The notes under the pieces: generated by a model | Told to the model about the DNA's origin: nothing | Seen by the model: the letters and a program-made list of their open reading frames with translations, nothing else | Databases searched by the model: none | In this document: positions 1 to 10,999 of the stretch, in pieces | Layout: every line of letters starts with the position of its first letter | Numbering within the stretch: position 1 is the stretch's first letter | Translations under genes and position numbers: made by a program | NCBI GenBank assembly: GCA_963754875.1 | Contig: CAVWHO010000010.1 | Span: forward strand, 224,001-288,000 | From: Nitrospirota bacterium | GTDB lineage: Bacteria > Nitrospirota > UBA9217 | Direction of reading: 5' to 3' | DNA: 64,000 nt

Positions 1-123
1 AAACTCTCACGGGAGAATCTGGCTAACCTGCATCCCCACCCGCTGTATGCCAAGATTTATTACTCCCATCCTCCGGTCGTGGAAAGGGTGCGGGGGCTGA
101 AGACAGAAGTCAGGAGCCAGTAG
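1..123 (+). CDS. C-terminal end of M48 family (Ste24-like) metallopeptidase, partial at window edge
   Basis: Frame 1 reads KLSRENLANLHPHPLYAKIYYSHPPVVERVRGL...*, matching the Ste24/M48 C-terminal NL.PHPLY..YSHPP..ER pattern; not in the ORF track. Confidence 0.8.
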   Translation, partial: KLSRENLANLHPHPLYAKIYYSHPPVVERVRGLKTEVRSQ

Positions 124-206
124 TCTGGAGTCAGGAGATTGGAGTTGTTTGCCCTCGCGGTTCTCTCTTCCTTTTGCCGGCTTCTGAATTCTGACTCCCG
201 GCTCCT
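101..206. repeat. Heptamer tandem repeats (AGTCAGG-like) with an inverted set
   Basis: agacaga/agtcagg/agccagt/agtctgg/agtcagg/agattgg at 101-142; complementary gccggct/tctgaat/tctgact/cccggct at 176-203. Confidence 0.75.
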
Positions 207-224
207 TTCCTCTCCACTTTCTCA

Positions 225-254
225 TTGACCGTTGTTGTCTTCTTGTGCTATTTT
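225..254 (+). promoter_or_regulatory. Putative sigma70 promoter, likely leaderless transcript
   Basis: TTGACC (225-230), TG-n-TATTTT (246-254), ATG at 261 with no SD. Confidence 0.45.
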
Positions 255-260
255 TAACCC

Positions 261-1547
261 ATGAAGAAGCTTTCTGAAAAAGCGCGGCTCGACGCAAAAG
301 GTTAAACGGCTTTCCACGCTCATCGAAGTGAACGCTCTGATAAGCTCCTCGCTCAATCTTGACCAGATCCTCGAAAACGTAATGTTAATTTCCAAAAAAG
401 TGATGAATGCAGATGCATCGAGCCTCATGTTGATCGACGAAAAGACGAATGAACTCGTTTACGAAGTGGCCCTCGGGAAAGTCGGGTGAAAAGCTTAAAC
501 AAGCAGTTCAGGCTCAAGATGGGGCAGGGGATCGCAGGAACGGTCGCGCAGGAAGGGAAACCGCTCCTTTTGGAGGATGTCTATACCCACCCGAAATTCC
601 ATCGAGCCCACGACGACGCCACGGGGTATCGCACAAAGTCGATGATCACGGTCCCGCTCAAGGTAGGGGAACGCATTACCGGAGTGGCGCAGGTGATCAA
701 CAGGCTTGACAATAGTCCCTTTGATGCCGACGATTTGGAGCTCTTTATCGCACTCTGCAGCCTGGCGGCCATTGCCATCGACAACGCCAAGATGCATAAG
801 AGCCTGATGGAAAAGCAGCGCCTGGTGAAGGACATGGAGTTCGCCCGGACGGTGCAGGAAAGTTTCCTCCCGCAGAAAACACCGGATATCAGCAGCTACA
901 AATTCAGCGCCCACTATACGCCTGCCCAGGAAGTAGGCGGTGATTTCTATGATTTTATCTATTTCGACCGGGAGCGTACGGGGGTCGTGATAGGTGATGT
1001 TTCGGGTAAGGGCGTACCTGCGGCGCTCTATATGGCGAAGCTCGGGAGTGATCTCCGGACGCTCGCTTTTACCGAAAAAGACCCCGCATCAACGCTTGGG
1101 AAATTGAACGATCTTCTTACCGAGCGGAGCAGGCGAGGTATGTTCGCCACGCTTCTCTACCTCGAGCTTGAATCGGGGAGCCGGAAACTCACGATTTCGA
1201 ATGCAGGCCATCTTCCCCCGCTTATCAAAAAATCTGACAATACGGTGACAAAGCTTGCTACCGCAGGCGGGTCTCCTCTCGGGATCCTGCCAGGAATGGA
1301 GTTCGGGCAGGAAACGGCGACTCTCGAACCCGGCGATACCGTGGTCCTGTATACCGACGGCATCATCGAAGCGATGAACGCCAAAGAGGAGCTGTACGGA
1401 TATGAACGGTTTGAAGCACTGGTCAGGAAAAGTGCTTCTGATCCGGATTCTCTCAAGTCAGCCATTATCGATGATGTAAACCGGTTTACCGGCCTGAGTC
1501 CCCAGCACGACGATATGACCCTGGTCTGTTTCGGAGCAATGAAATAA
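261..1547 (+). CDS. rsbU: GAF + PP2C (SpoIIE/RsbU-type) phosphatase; three +1 frameshifts in the 5' part (~297, ~485, ~500)
   Basis: GGDFYD, GDVSGKG, NAGH, YTDG and DDMT PP2C motifs. The GAF helix (RLSTLIEVNALISSSLNLDQILE) is read in shifted frames from ATG 261; three extra bases restore frame to ORF 486-1547. Confidence 0.85.
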
Positions 1548-1566
1548 AAAAGATGCCTGACAACAG

Positions 1567-2016
1567 ATGACGGAAAACAAAGAAAAGACGACTGCCGAGG
1601 AAGGGCGGGCGAAAGAAGTGGTGTCGCTCGTTGTGCCGAGCCATCCGAAGTATTTGTATGTTGTCCGAAGTGCGATCTATCCTCTGGTGATGGAAGCGGG
1701 TTTCCCCAAACGGGATGCACGGAGAGTTGTTCTGGCCGTAGACGAGGCCTGTTCGAATATCATTAAATATGCCTATGAAGGCGACTATACCAAGTCCTAT
1801 TCATTGAATGTCACGATAGAGCAGGGAAGACTGGCCATCGAGCTCACAGACTCCGGTAAAAAACCCGACGTTTCAAAGATCGCACCGAGGAAACTCGATG
1901 ACGTGAGGCCGGGGGGGTTGGGTACGCACTTTATTGCCTCGGTGTTTGATTCGGTGACGTATGATACGAGCCGCGCGGCCTGCACCGTGCTGACCCTGGT
2001 GAAAGAGAAACAATAG
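1567..2016 (+). CDS. rsbW: Anti-sigma factor / Ser-Thr kinase (RsbW-like HATPase_c_2)
   Basis: LAVDEACSNIIKYAY, D-S-G and RPGGLGTH motifs. Confidence 0.85.
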   Translation: MTENKEKTTAEEGRAKEVVSLVVPSHPKYLYVVRSAIYPLVMEAGFPKRDARRVVLAVDEACSNIIKYAYEGDYTKSYSLNVTIEQGRLAIELTDSGKKPDVSKIAPRKLDDVRPGGLGTHFIASVFDSVTYDTSRAACTVLTLVKEKQ

Positions 2017-2034
2017 GCCGGCTATGAGGTCCCC

Positions 2035-2382
2035 ATGAAGGTAGAGATTGCATTGGAAAAGATCAACGCCGGTTTTCTGCTGAAGTTGAAAGGCGACGTG
2101 GATATGAACACCTCTTCGGACGTGAGAAATGCCATGGGTGAAGTATTTAAACAGGGACCGTCCGGCATGAAGGCTCTCCTCATCGACCTTTCGCAGGTGC
2201 GGTACATGGACAGCTCAGGCATCGCGACCCTCGTCGAAGGCCTGCAGAACTGCATGAAACAGGGGGCACGGCTCAGGTTGTGCGAGTTGAGCCCCCCTGT
2301 CCGTGATGTCTTTGAATTGGCCCGGCTGGCGAGTGTGTTCGAAATTTATCCAACGATCACCGAGGCAACGGCGGGACTATGA
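2035..2382 (+). CDS. rsbV: STAS-domain anti-sigma antagonist (RsbV/SpoIIAA-like)
   Basis: LKGDVD and IDLSQVRYMDSSGIATLV with the phosphorylatable Ser. Confidence 0.85.
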   Translation: MKVEIALEKINAGFLLKLKGDVDMNTSSDVRNAMGEVFKQGPSGMKALLIDLSQVRYMDSSGIATLVEGLQNCMKQGARLRLCELSPPVRDVFELARLASVFEIYPTITEATAGL

Positions 2383-2409
2383 CGGAGCGCGGAATGCGGA
2401 GTACGGACT
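2382..2409. repeat. Heptamer tandem repeat (GCGGAAT-like)
   Basis: acggagc gcggaat gcggagt acggact directly after the stop codon. Confidence 0.55.
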
Positions 2410-2492
2410 CATGTATCATGAGGAGAAGCTGGAAAGGGCAGCGTTTCCAACCCTTGATCGTGAAACTCCGAACCAATATTCAGGGGTAAGGC

Positions 2493-3282
2493 GTGAAAAA
2501 TTTCGTCGGTTATCTCGGCAGGACGTTCATTAGGTTCCTCCAGGACCTTTCGAGCCTCTATTACCTTTTTCGCGAGACTGTCCTTCAAGCCTTCATCCTC
2601 CTAACAGACCGCAAGAAGCTTAAACAGGCAAGACTGCTGACGCAGGTGGATGAGATCGGGACGCAGTCGCTGCCGCTCGTCCTTGCAGTCGCCGCTCTAT
2701 TGGGCATTGCAATGACGGTGTTGATATCGTTCCAACTGAAGGAAGTCGGCGGTTACAACTATATCCCGGGATTCGTCGCTGTGGCAATCTTCCGGGAAAT
2801 AGGTCCGCTTATCACGGCGCTCATTGTCGCGGGACGGGTCGGCGCGTCATTCACTGCCCGCATCGGGACCATGAAGGTCTCCGAGGAAATCCTGGCGCTC
2901 GAAACCATGGCAATCAACCCCGTGCGGTTCCTCGTGGTTCAGCGTTTCATGGGACTTCTGTTTTCACTCCCGGCGCTGACCATGCTTGCGGGCTTTACCT
3001 CGGTGTTCGGCGGTTTTCTGTACGGTTCAACACGGCTCGGCATCCGACCCGACACGTACGTGCGTGAGACTCTCGATGTGCTCACGTTTACCGACATCTT
3101 CTCAGGCATTGCGAAAGCTCTGGTCTTTGCCGTGGTCATCGTGATGATCGGCTGTTATCGTGGTCTTGTTGTCGAGGGAGGGGCCGAAGAAGTCGGCAAA
3201 GGCGACAATGCTCTCCGTGGTCTCTTCGACGCTCACGATCATCGTGCTCGACACGATCATGACCGGGGCGTTTTACGGTTAA
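2493..3282 (+). CDS. mlaE: MlaE family ABC permease; +1 frameshift at ~3199, true stop TAA 3280-3282
   Basis: REIGPLITALIVAGRVGA, IGTMKVSEEILALETM and GGAEEVGK, continuing in the shifted frame as ATMLSVVSSTLTIIVLDTIMT. Confidence 0.9.
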
Positions 3283-3294
3283 TAACGGCGAGAT

Positions 3295-4080
3295 ATGATC
3301 AAGGCGCATGGCATAAAAAAGAACTTCGGCAAACGTGTCGTGCTGAACGGCACGGATTTTACGGCCGAGCGAAAAAAAATCACTTATATATTGGGTACGA
3401 GCGGCGGCGGGAAGAGCACCTTATTGAAGATACTTATCGGCGCTCTCAAGCCGGATGCCGGGCAGGTTCTCTTCGGAGAGACGGACATTACGCAACTCGT
3501 CGAGAGGGAGCTGGATCCTTTCCGGAAAAAGATCGGCATGTTGTTCCAGCAAGGTGCGCTGCTGAACTCGCTCACCGTCGGAGAAAATATATCGCTCCCG
3601 ATCCGGGAACATACGCCCCTGGATGAGAACATTATCAAAATCATGGTGAAGATGAAGCTGGAACTGGTGGGGCTCCGCGATTTTGAAGACCTCTATCCCG
3701 GACAGCTGTCCGGAGGGATGCAGAAACGCGTTGCTCTTGCCCGGGCCCTTGCCCTCGATCCCGAAGTAGTTTTTTTCGACGAGCCTACTTCTGGCCTCGA
3801 TCCTATCGTTGCTGCGGTCATTACGAAGCTCATAGCGGACCTGAACCGGGTCCTTGGTATCACCTGCGTTGTCGTGACCCATGCTGTTGAAGAAGCCATG
3901 AAGATAGCCGACAAGATTGTCATACTGTATTTAGGCAAAGTGCTTGCCCAGGGGACGCCGCAGGAGATCAAGTCGAGCGCGGATCCGCTCGTCCAACAGT
4001 TCATAACCGGCAGCCCTGACGGGCCGATTTCGTTCCGTGCCTCAAGCAAGGACTTCCGGGAAGATCTTCTGACGCAGTGA
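3295..4080 (+). CDS. mlaF: MlaF family ABC ATPase
   Basis: Walker A GTSGGGKST, LSGGMQKR, FFDEPTSGLDP, C-terminal DPLVQQFITG..DGPI. Confidence 0.9.
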   Translation: MIKAHGIKKNFGKRVVLNGTDFTAERKKITYILGTSGGGKSTLLKILIGALKPDAGQVLFGETDITQLVERELDPFRKKIGMLFQQGALLNSLTVGENISLPIREHTPLDENIIKIMVKMKLELVGLRDFEDLYPGQLSGGMQKRVALARALALDPEVVFFDEPTSGLDPIVAAVITKLIADLNRVLGITCVVVTHAVEEAMKIADKIVILYLGKVLAQGTPQEIKSSADPLVQQFITGSPDGPISFRASSKDFREDLLTQ

Positions 4081-4139
4081 GATCCGTGCGGATTCAGGAA
4101 TGCGGAATATAATACTGATAACAATTATGAGGGTTTAAA

Positions 4140-4940
4140 ATGGAATACCGTCGCAATGAAATCAGGGCAGGTGTTTTTCTCCTGCTCTCGTTCGTGATCT
4201 TGGCGGTGATGATTTTCGCCGTGAGCGATATCCAGAGCCTTTTCAAGAAAAAGAAGGAAATCAAAGTGCTGTTTCAGTACAGCGACGGGATCGAAAAGAA
4301 CGCGCCGGTCCGTCTTTCGGGTATTAAGGTCGGCAAGGTAACGAACGTCCGTGTACTGCCCGAGAAGGGCGATAAAATCGAGCTTACCTTGAGCATTTTC
4401 AGCGACACGGTCATCAGGCATGATACGAAGGCCGCGATCAAGACGCAGGGACTCATCGGGGGGAAATATGTGGAATTGACGGGTGGCTCGTCGCAGTCGC
4501 CTCTGCTTGAGCCGGGCGGCCTGATCATCGGAGAAGAATCGTTAAAAGTGGAAGATTTGACCAAGATGGCGTTAGACGTGGTCGTGAAACTCAAGAACAT
4601 CGCGAATAATCTCAACAGGGTGCTCGGAGATCCGGCTCTTGCGAAGTCCCTTAAAACAACGATCGCGAATCTCCAGGATGTCTCGTCAAATGTCAAAGTT
4701 ATGACGTCAAGTAAAGAAGAGGTAGCGCAAGGTCTTAAGAACCTGCCCGAGATCTTGAAAAAACTCGACGCGAGCGCGGACAACCTTAAAGCAATCACGG
4801 AAAAGAGTGATACAATCGTTGGCGAAAATAAAAAGAATATTGATGCGGCAATGGAAAGTTTCAGGGAAATGGCGAAGAACCTGAAGGAGACAACGGACGA
4901 CGTAAAGAGCCATCCGTGGAAACTGCTGAGAAAACCGTGA
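4140..4940 (+). CDS. mlaD: MlaD/MCE family protein
   Basis: N-terminal TM helix, VRLSGIKVGKV, GLIGGKYVELTGG, helical tail. Confidence 0.9.
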   Translation: MEYRRNEIRAGVFLLLSFVILAVMIFAVSDIQSLFKKKKEIKVLFQYSDGIEKNAPVRLSGIKVGKVTNVRVLPEKGDKIELTLSIFSDTVIRHDTKAAIKTQGLIGGKYVELTGGSSQSPLLEPGGLIIGEESLKVEDLTKMALDVVVKLKNIANNLNRVLGDPALAKSLKTTIANLQDVSSNVKVMTSSKEEVAQGLKNLPEILKKLDASADNLKAITEKSDTIVGENKKNIDAAMESFREMAKNLKETTDDVKSHPWKLLRKP

Positions 4941-4947
4941 ACTTATT

Positions 4948-5025
4948 TGGGATTGAGTCACGGATTGTGGACTGAAATTCAAAAATACACTCGTGACTGG
5001 AAATCCGCAATTCGCATTCCTGCAT
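4948..5025. repeat. Heptamer repeats in inverted arrangement between mlaD and hisS
   Basis: cggattgtggact ... aatccgc aattcgc attcctgc. Confidence 0.5.
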
Positions 5026-5048
5026 CTAAGAGTAAGTGAGGAGTTTGC

Positions 5049-6302
5049 ATGGCAATTCAGGCAATTAAAGGCGTAAAAGACGTACTCCCGGTTGATATTC
5101 CGATGTGGCAGCACCTTGAGGCAACGGCTCGAAAGCTGTTTGAGGATTACGGTTTTTCGGAAATCCGGGTCCCTGTTTTCGAATATACAGAACTCTTTGC
5201 CCGGAGCATCGGCACGTCGACGGACATAGTGGAAAAAGAGATGTATACATTTGGGGACCGCGACGGCAAGAAGATCACCTTGCGTCCCGAAGGCACTGCA
5301 GGCGTGGTCCGCGCCTTTGTCGAGCATAAGATGTACGCGGACAACCAGATAACCCGCCTCTATTATATGGGGCCGATGTTCAGGCACGAGCGTCCGCAAA
5401 AGGGGAGATATCGCCAATTTTACCAGATCGGCGTAGAGGCCCTGGGGCTCGATCACCCTCACGTGGACATTGAAGTTCTGGTCATGCTGCACGCATTGTT
5501 CACGCGGATCGGCATCAACGGCCTCACGCTCCAGATCAACTCTTTAGGAGACAGCGCATGCAGGGGCGCATATCGGGATGCGCTGAAGTCGTATCTGAAA
5601 GAAAAACTGCCGACCTTATGCGCAGACTGCCAGCGACGTTACGAGACCAACCCGCTTCGCGTGCTTGATTGCAAGGTGGACGCGGATAAATTCAACGACT
5701 CCCCGGTCATGCTCGATTACCTCTGTGGCCCCTGTAAGGACCACTTTCACACCGTCGAAGCGAGCCTGCGGAAGCTGAATGTTCCTTTCGAAGTGAACCC
5801 TCGTCTCGTGCGCGGGCTGGACTACTATACCAGAACCACGTTCGAGCTGGTTATGGGCCACCTGGGGGCCCAGAACACCGTGGCGGCAGGGGGCAGGTAC
5901 GACGGACTCGTGCAGGAGATTGGCGGCCCTGCAACGCCGGGGATCGGCTTCGCGCTCGGTGTTGAACGGGCAATCTCGCTCATGGATCCCCACGTCGTTG
6001 AAACTCCTTGCCCCGCGCTCTTCCTTTCTGCACTGGGCGCCGAAGCAGTGGCGTTCGCACTGCCGATCATTCACACGCTCCGGTCCTCGGGGATCCGCGT
6101 TGATACGGACTATACCGGCAGCAGCCTTAAGAGCCAAATGAAGAAAGCCGACAAGTCCCGTGCCGGCCACACCCTGATCATCGGAGAACAGGAAATAAAG
6201 AACGGAAAAGCGATACTCCGCAACATGCATACCAAGGAACAATCAGAACTGGCATTGACAACTCTTATCGAAGATCTGAAGAAAACATTCACATTGGCAT
6301 GA
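5049..6302 (+). CDS. hisS: Histidine--tRNA ligase
   Basis: LRPEGTA, FRHERPQKGRYRQF, LVRGLDYY, AGGRYDGL. Confidence 0.98.
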   Translation: MAIQAIKGVKDVLPVDIPMWQHLEATARKLFEDYGFSEIRVPVFEYTELFARSIGTSTDIVEKEMYTFGDRDGKKITLRPEGTAGVVRAFVEHKMYADNQITRLYYMGPMFRHERPQKGRYRQFYQIGVEALGLDHPHVDIEVLVMLHALFTRIGINGLTLQINSLGDSACRGAYRDALKSYLKEKLPTLCADCQRRYETNPLRVLDCKVDADKFNDSPVMLDYLCGPCKDHFHTVEASLRKLNVPFEVNPRLVRGLDYYTRTTFELVMGHLGAQNTVAAGGRYDGLVQEIGGPATPGIGFALGVERAISLMDPHVVETPCPALFLSALGAEAVAFALPIIHTLRSSGIRVDTDYTGSSLKSQMKKADKSRAGHTLIIGEQEIKNGKAILRNMHTKEQSELALTTLIEDLKKTFTLA

Positions 6303-6778
6303 AAATCGGCGTACTATCCGATACGCATGTGCCTTCCATCGTGCCGGCGCTGCCTCCGGTCATCTATGATATTTTTCAGGGGGTCGATCTGATTCTCCAC
6401 GCAGGGGACATCGTTGAACTCTCCGTGCTCGATGACCTGAGGGCCATTGCGCCCGTGGAAGCGGTTGCCGGAAACGTGGACAGCGCTGAAGTGCAGGCGC
6501 GCCTTCCTTCCAAGAAAGTCATCCCGATCGGCAACTTCACGGTCGGCCTCATCCACGGGAAATACAAATTGAATGTTCAACAAGAGATGATCAGAAAAGA
6601 GTTTGGCAATGTGGACCTCATCGTCTATGGCCATTCTCACCATCCTTTCTGGGGTGTGAGAGAGGGCGTTTATTTTTTGAATCCCGGAAGCCCGACGGAC
6701 AAACGGCATGCGCCCTACAATTCAGTCGCTCTGCTGGAAGTAGGAGATGATTTGCGGGCCGAGATCATTCGAATTTAA
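6299..6778 (+). CDS. YfcE/MJ0936-family metallophosphoesterase
   Basis: SDTH, HAGD, GNVD, GHSH and NPGS motifs. Confidence 0.9.
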   Translation: MKIGVLSDTHVPSIVPALPPVIYDIFQGVDLILHAGDIVELSVLDDLRAIAPVEAVAGNVDSAEVQARLPSKKVIPIGNFTVGLIHGKYKLNVQQEMIRKEFGNVDLIVYGHSHHPFWGVREGVYFLNPGSPTDKRHAPYNSVALLEVGDDLRAEIIRI

Positions 6779-6858
6779 AAATGATCTTGTACACACCGAT
6801 CGAGAGAATTCTTTTCAAGTTGCAAAGGTCCCGGCTTTATGATAAATTCTGAACACTC

Positions 6859-8289
6859 ATGGCTATCGAAAAAATAAAATTCGGGACTTCAGGATGGCGA
6901 GGGGTGATCGCCGACGATTTTACGGTCGGACGGGTCCGTGTCGTGACGCAGGCAATAGCAGACCACATCGCAGCGCAGGGACTCAAGGACAAAGGCGTGA
7001 TCGTGGGATACGATACGCGCTTCATGTCCGAACGGTTTGCCGAAGAGGCCGTCAAAGTCCTGGCAGCAAACGGCATCCGCTGCTATCTCTCGAACCGCGA
7101 CGTCCCTACGCCGGCGGTCTCGTTTGAGATCATCCGGAAAAAGGCGGCCGGCGGCATCAACTTTACGGCGAGCCACAATCCGCCGCAGTACAATGGCCTC
7201 AAGTTCTCTCCTGCCTGGGGCGGCCCCGCGCTTCCTGAAGAGACAAAAGACATCGAGTCCCGGGCAAATGTCCTTCTCGAAAAGAACTCCGTTGCTGTCA
7301 TTTCCCTTGCTGAGGCAAAGCAGAAGGGCATGGTTGACGATGCCGATCTCCGCAAGGCCTACCTCGACGATCTCAAGAAAAAGATCGATTTCGATCCGAT
7401 AAAAAAGTCAAAACTCAAAATTGCCGTTGATCTGCTGTACGGGACAGGCAGGGATTATCTTGACAGTGCGCTCAAGGACGCGGGATGCGCTGTCACCGTG
7501 GTGCATGGCCATCGCGACGTTTTGTTCGGCGGCAATTCGCCGGAGCCCTCGGAAGCGAACCTGGCCGATCTTGCGACAGTATTGAAAAAAGGTAAATTCG
7601 ACATCGGCCTTGCGGTCGACGGTGATGCGGACCGTTTCGGCGTCATGGACCCGGACGGCACGTATATCAACCCCAACCAGATCCTTGCGCTGGTCCTCGA
7701 TTATCTGTGCCGCACCCGGGGCTGGAAAGGCGGCGCTGCACGCTCTATCGCAACATCACACCTGATCGATGCGGTAGCGAAAAAACACGGCATCGAGGTC
7801 TATGAAACGGGCGTGGGATTCAAGTTCATCGGAGACCTGCTCGTACAGGGCAAGATCATCTTCGGGGGCGAGGAAAGCGCAGGCATGACCATTAAAGACC
7901 ATGTGCCGGAGAAAGACGGAATCCTTGCTTGCCTTCTGGTTGCAGAAATGGTATCAAGCGAAAAGAAGTCCATTAAGGAACTGCTGAAGCGGCTCTATAA
8001 AGAAGTCGGCGTTATTCTGAACGACCGGATCAACATACGTATCACGGAAACCAATCGTAAGGCAGTTGAAGAGCGGTTGAGCCAGCCTTTGAGCGAACTC
8101 GGCGGGCTCCGCGTCAAGGGCAAGAAAACTACTGCCGACGGGACCAAGTACATGCTGGACGACGACAGCTGGGTGCTGATGCGCGCATCAGGCACCGAGC
8201 CGGTGGTACGAGTGTACGTCGAATCCTCGTCGGACGAAAAAATTAAAGAACTGATCGATGCAGGCAGGAAATTCATTCTGGGACAGTAG
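6859..8289 (+). CDS. Phosphoglucomutase/phosphomannomutase family protein
   Basis: FGTSGWRG, TASHNP, DGDADR, GGEES, RASGTEP. Confidence 0.95.
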   Translation: MAIEKIKFGTSGWRGVIADDFTVGRVRVVTQAIADHIAAQGLKDKGVIVGYDTRFMSERFAEEAVKVLAANGIRCYLSNRDVPTPAVSFEIIRKKAAGGINFTASHNPPQYNGLKFSPAWGGPALPEETKDIESRANVLLEKNSVAVISLAEAKQKGMVDDADLRKAYLDDLKKKIDFDPIKKSKLKIAVDLLYGTGRDYLDSALKDAGCAVTVVHGHRDVLFGGNSPEPSEANLADLATVLKKGKFDIGLAVDGDADRFGVMDPDGTYINPNQILALVLDYLCRTRGWKGGAARSIATSHLIDAVAKKHGIEVYETGVGFKFIGDLLVQGKIIFGGEESAGMTIKDHVPEKDGILACLLVAEMVSSEKKSIKELLKRLYKEVGVILNDRINIRITETNRKAVEERLSQPLSELGGLRVKGKKTTADGTKYMLDDDSWVLMRASGTEPVVRVYVESSSDEKIKELIDAGRKFILGQ

Positions 8290-9597
<1,308 letters not shown>

Positions 9598-9606
9598 TGA
9601 GCACTT

Positions 9607-9640
9607 AAAGCCGGAGATAAATGATCTCAGGCTTTTTTTT
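9607..9640 (+). terminator. Rho-independent terminator after eno
   Basis: aagcc-ggagat...atctc-aggctt hairpin followed by a T-run. Confidence 0.75.
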
Positions 9641-10064
9641 ATACGCAAAGACATGTAGAATACATCCTGTCGCTGTTGAGTTTCACTGATTTACGAATCG
9701 ACGACTTCTTCCTGAAGTCCGCGGGAGTTGCCTTATTTTGAAATTACGAACTTCATTTCGTATTCGTTAGCACGTTAGCCATAATATCATGAAATAAAAT
9801 TCTTCCCCTTTTGTCCTTTCGTCTAAATCACGAGCTTCATTTATTACAAACCTTCAATAAGAAAATATCGCGGTCTTTCCATTCTACGCAAGACACATGC
9901 TCCACGTCGATCACAAACGATGCATAATTCACTCTGAATTTACGTCCACAACTAAGTCCAAAGTTGCATATGCACATAGGCACAATTTTCAATTGCCAAT
10001 CCACCGCTGCAAAAAAGCCGCGCAATCGCTATAATGTAAATAGACTTGATTTCCTGAAGAAGGG

Positions 10065-10550
10065 TTGGTGATAGAAATGAAAACATCTGCAAACGTAGTA
10101 CCGTTGAAGAAAACGACAAATGAGGTTGAAGAACACCTGAACACTTTCGACGAACTGGACTACGATGTGTTCAGCAACCGGAATTGGACGAGGCTGCATG
10201 AGAGCCATTCAAAGGATGTGAAGGTCAACTGGCCCGACGGGCATTCTACCGTGGGCATTGAAAAGCATATTGAGGATCTCGATGCGATGTTCGTATATGC
10301 TCCCGACACGAGCATAAAGGTCCATCCAGTCAAGTTCGGGTCAGGAGACTATACCTCGGTCATAGGTGTGATGACGGGGACTTTTACCAAGCCCATGCCA
10401 ATCGGAGACGGGAAGTTTATTCAGCCCACAGGCAAGAAGTTCTCAATCCCCATGTGCACCATTGGGCATTGGAAGGATGGGGTGATGAACGAAGAGTGGC
10501 TATTCTGGGACAATGCGACATACATGAAGCAACTCGGAATTGGGAATTAA
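10065..10550 (+). CDS. SnoaL-like / ester cyclase family protein (start may be ATG 10077)
   Basis: NTF2-like pattern FDELDYDVFS...HSKDVKVNWPDG, GTFT...PTGKKF, EEWLFWD. Confidence 0.8.
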   Translation: MVIEMKTSANVVPLKKTTNEVEEHLNTFDELDYDVFSNRNWTRLHESHSKDVKVNWPDGHSTVGIEKHIEDLDAMFVYAPDTSIKVHPVKFGSGDYTSVIGVMTGTFTKPMPIGDGKFIQPTGKKFSIPMCTIGHWKDGVMNEEWLFWDNATYMKQLGIGN

Positions 10551-10838
10551 GATCATCATGATAAACTCTGCGATATGCTGCTTTTGATAGAGCAGCTGAC
10601 GTTGTTAGTCGTAAGAAAAGATGTCCAACAGACAGGCGGATAGAGATGTGGGAGCTGTTCGCCTGTTGGTGAGGACCTTTTTGATCTTTACTTTCTTCCT
10701 GTAACATTGGAGTTTTCTCTCCGTGCAACAATCAATACTTCATTCGGAATTAAATAACTCATGATACCCTGAAAATGCCCCTCTCCGGTGATTGACAACT
10801 GCATCGATCAGGAATATATTCTTCTGAATAAACTAGTA

Positions 10839-10854
10839 CGGCATGATCATTGCT
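10839..10854 (+). promoter_or_regulatory. Putative sigma54 -24/-12 promoter
   Basis: CGGCATG-ATCA-TTGCT (GG-N10-GC) about 145 bp upstream of the beta-propeller gene. Confidence 0.6.
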
Positions 10855-10999
10855 AAACTGGATAACAACGGAAATCCGGTATTATCTAGGGGGGATGACT
10901 AATAACGGATTTTCGTACTTATCGAGGGGGGCTAGTGATCCCCTTGTTGAATCGTCACAAAATTACTGATGCCATATTAGAAATGAGGAGAATTATATT

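Noticed and set aside
101..206. Short repeats as a CRISPR array
   Set aside because: Units are 7 bp with no spacers, and no cas genes are present.
2493..3626. 377-aa MlaE with an extended C-terminus overlapping mlaF
   Set aside because: Artefact of the +1 frameshift; the true C-terminus ends at 3282.
9837..10025. 62-aa minus-strand ORF faintly like a LytTR C-terminus
   Set aside because: Similarity too weak by eye and no clear start signals.
10551..10680. Possible degenerate attC sites after the SnoaL gene (GTTAGTC; GTCCAAC...GTTGG hairpin)
   Set aside because: R''/R' do not match convincingly and the L-box and extrahelical pattern is unclear; needs a covariance-model test.
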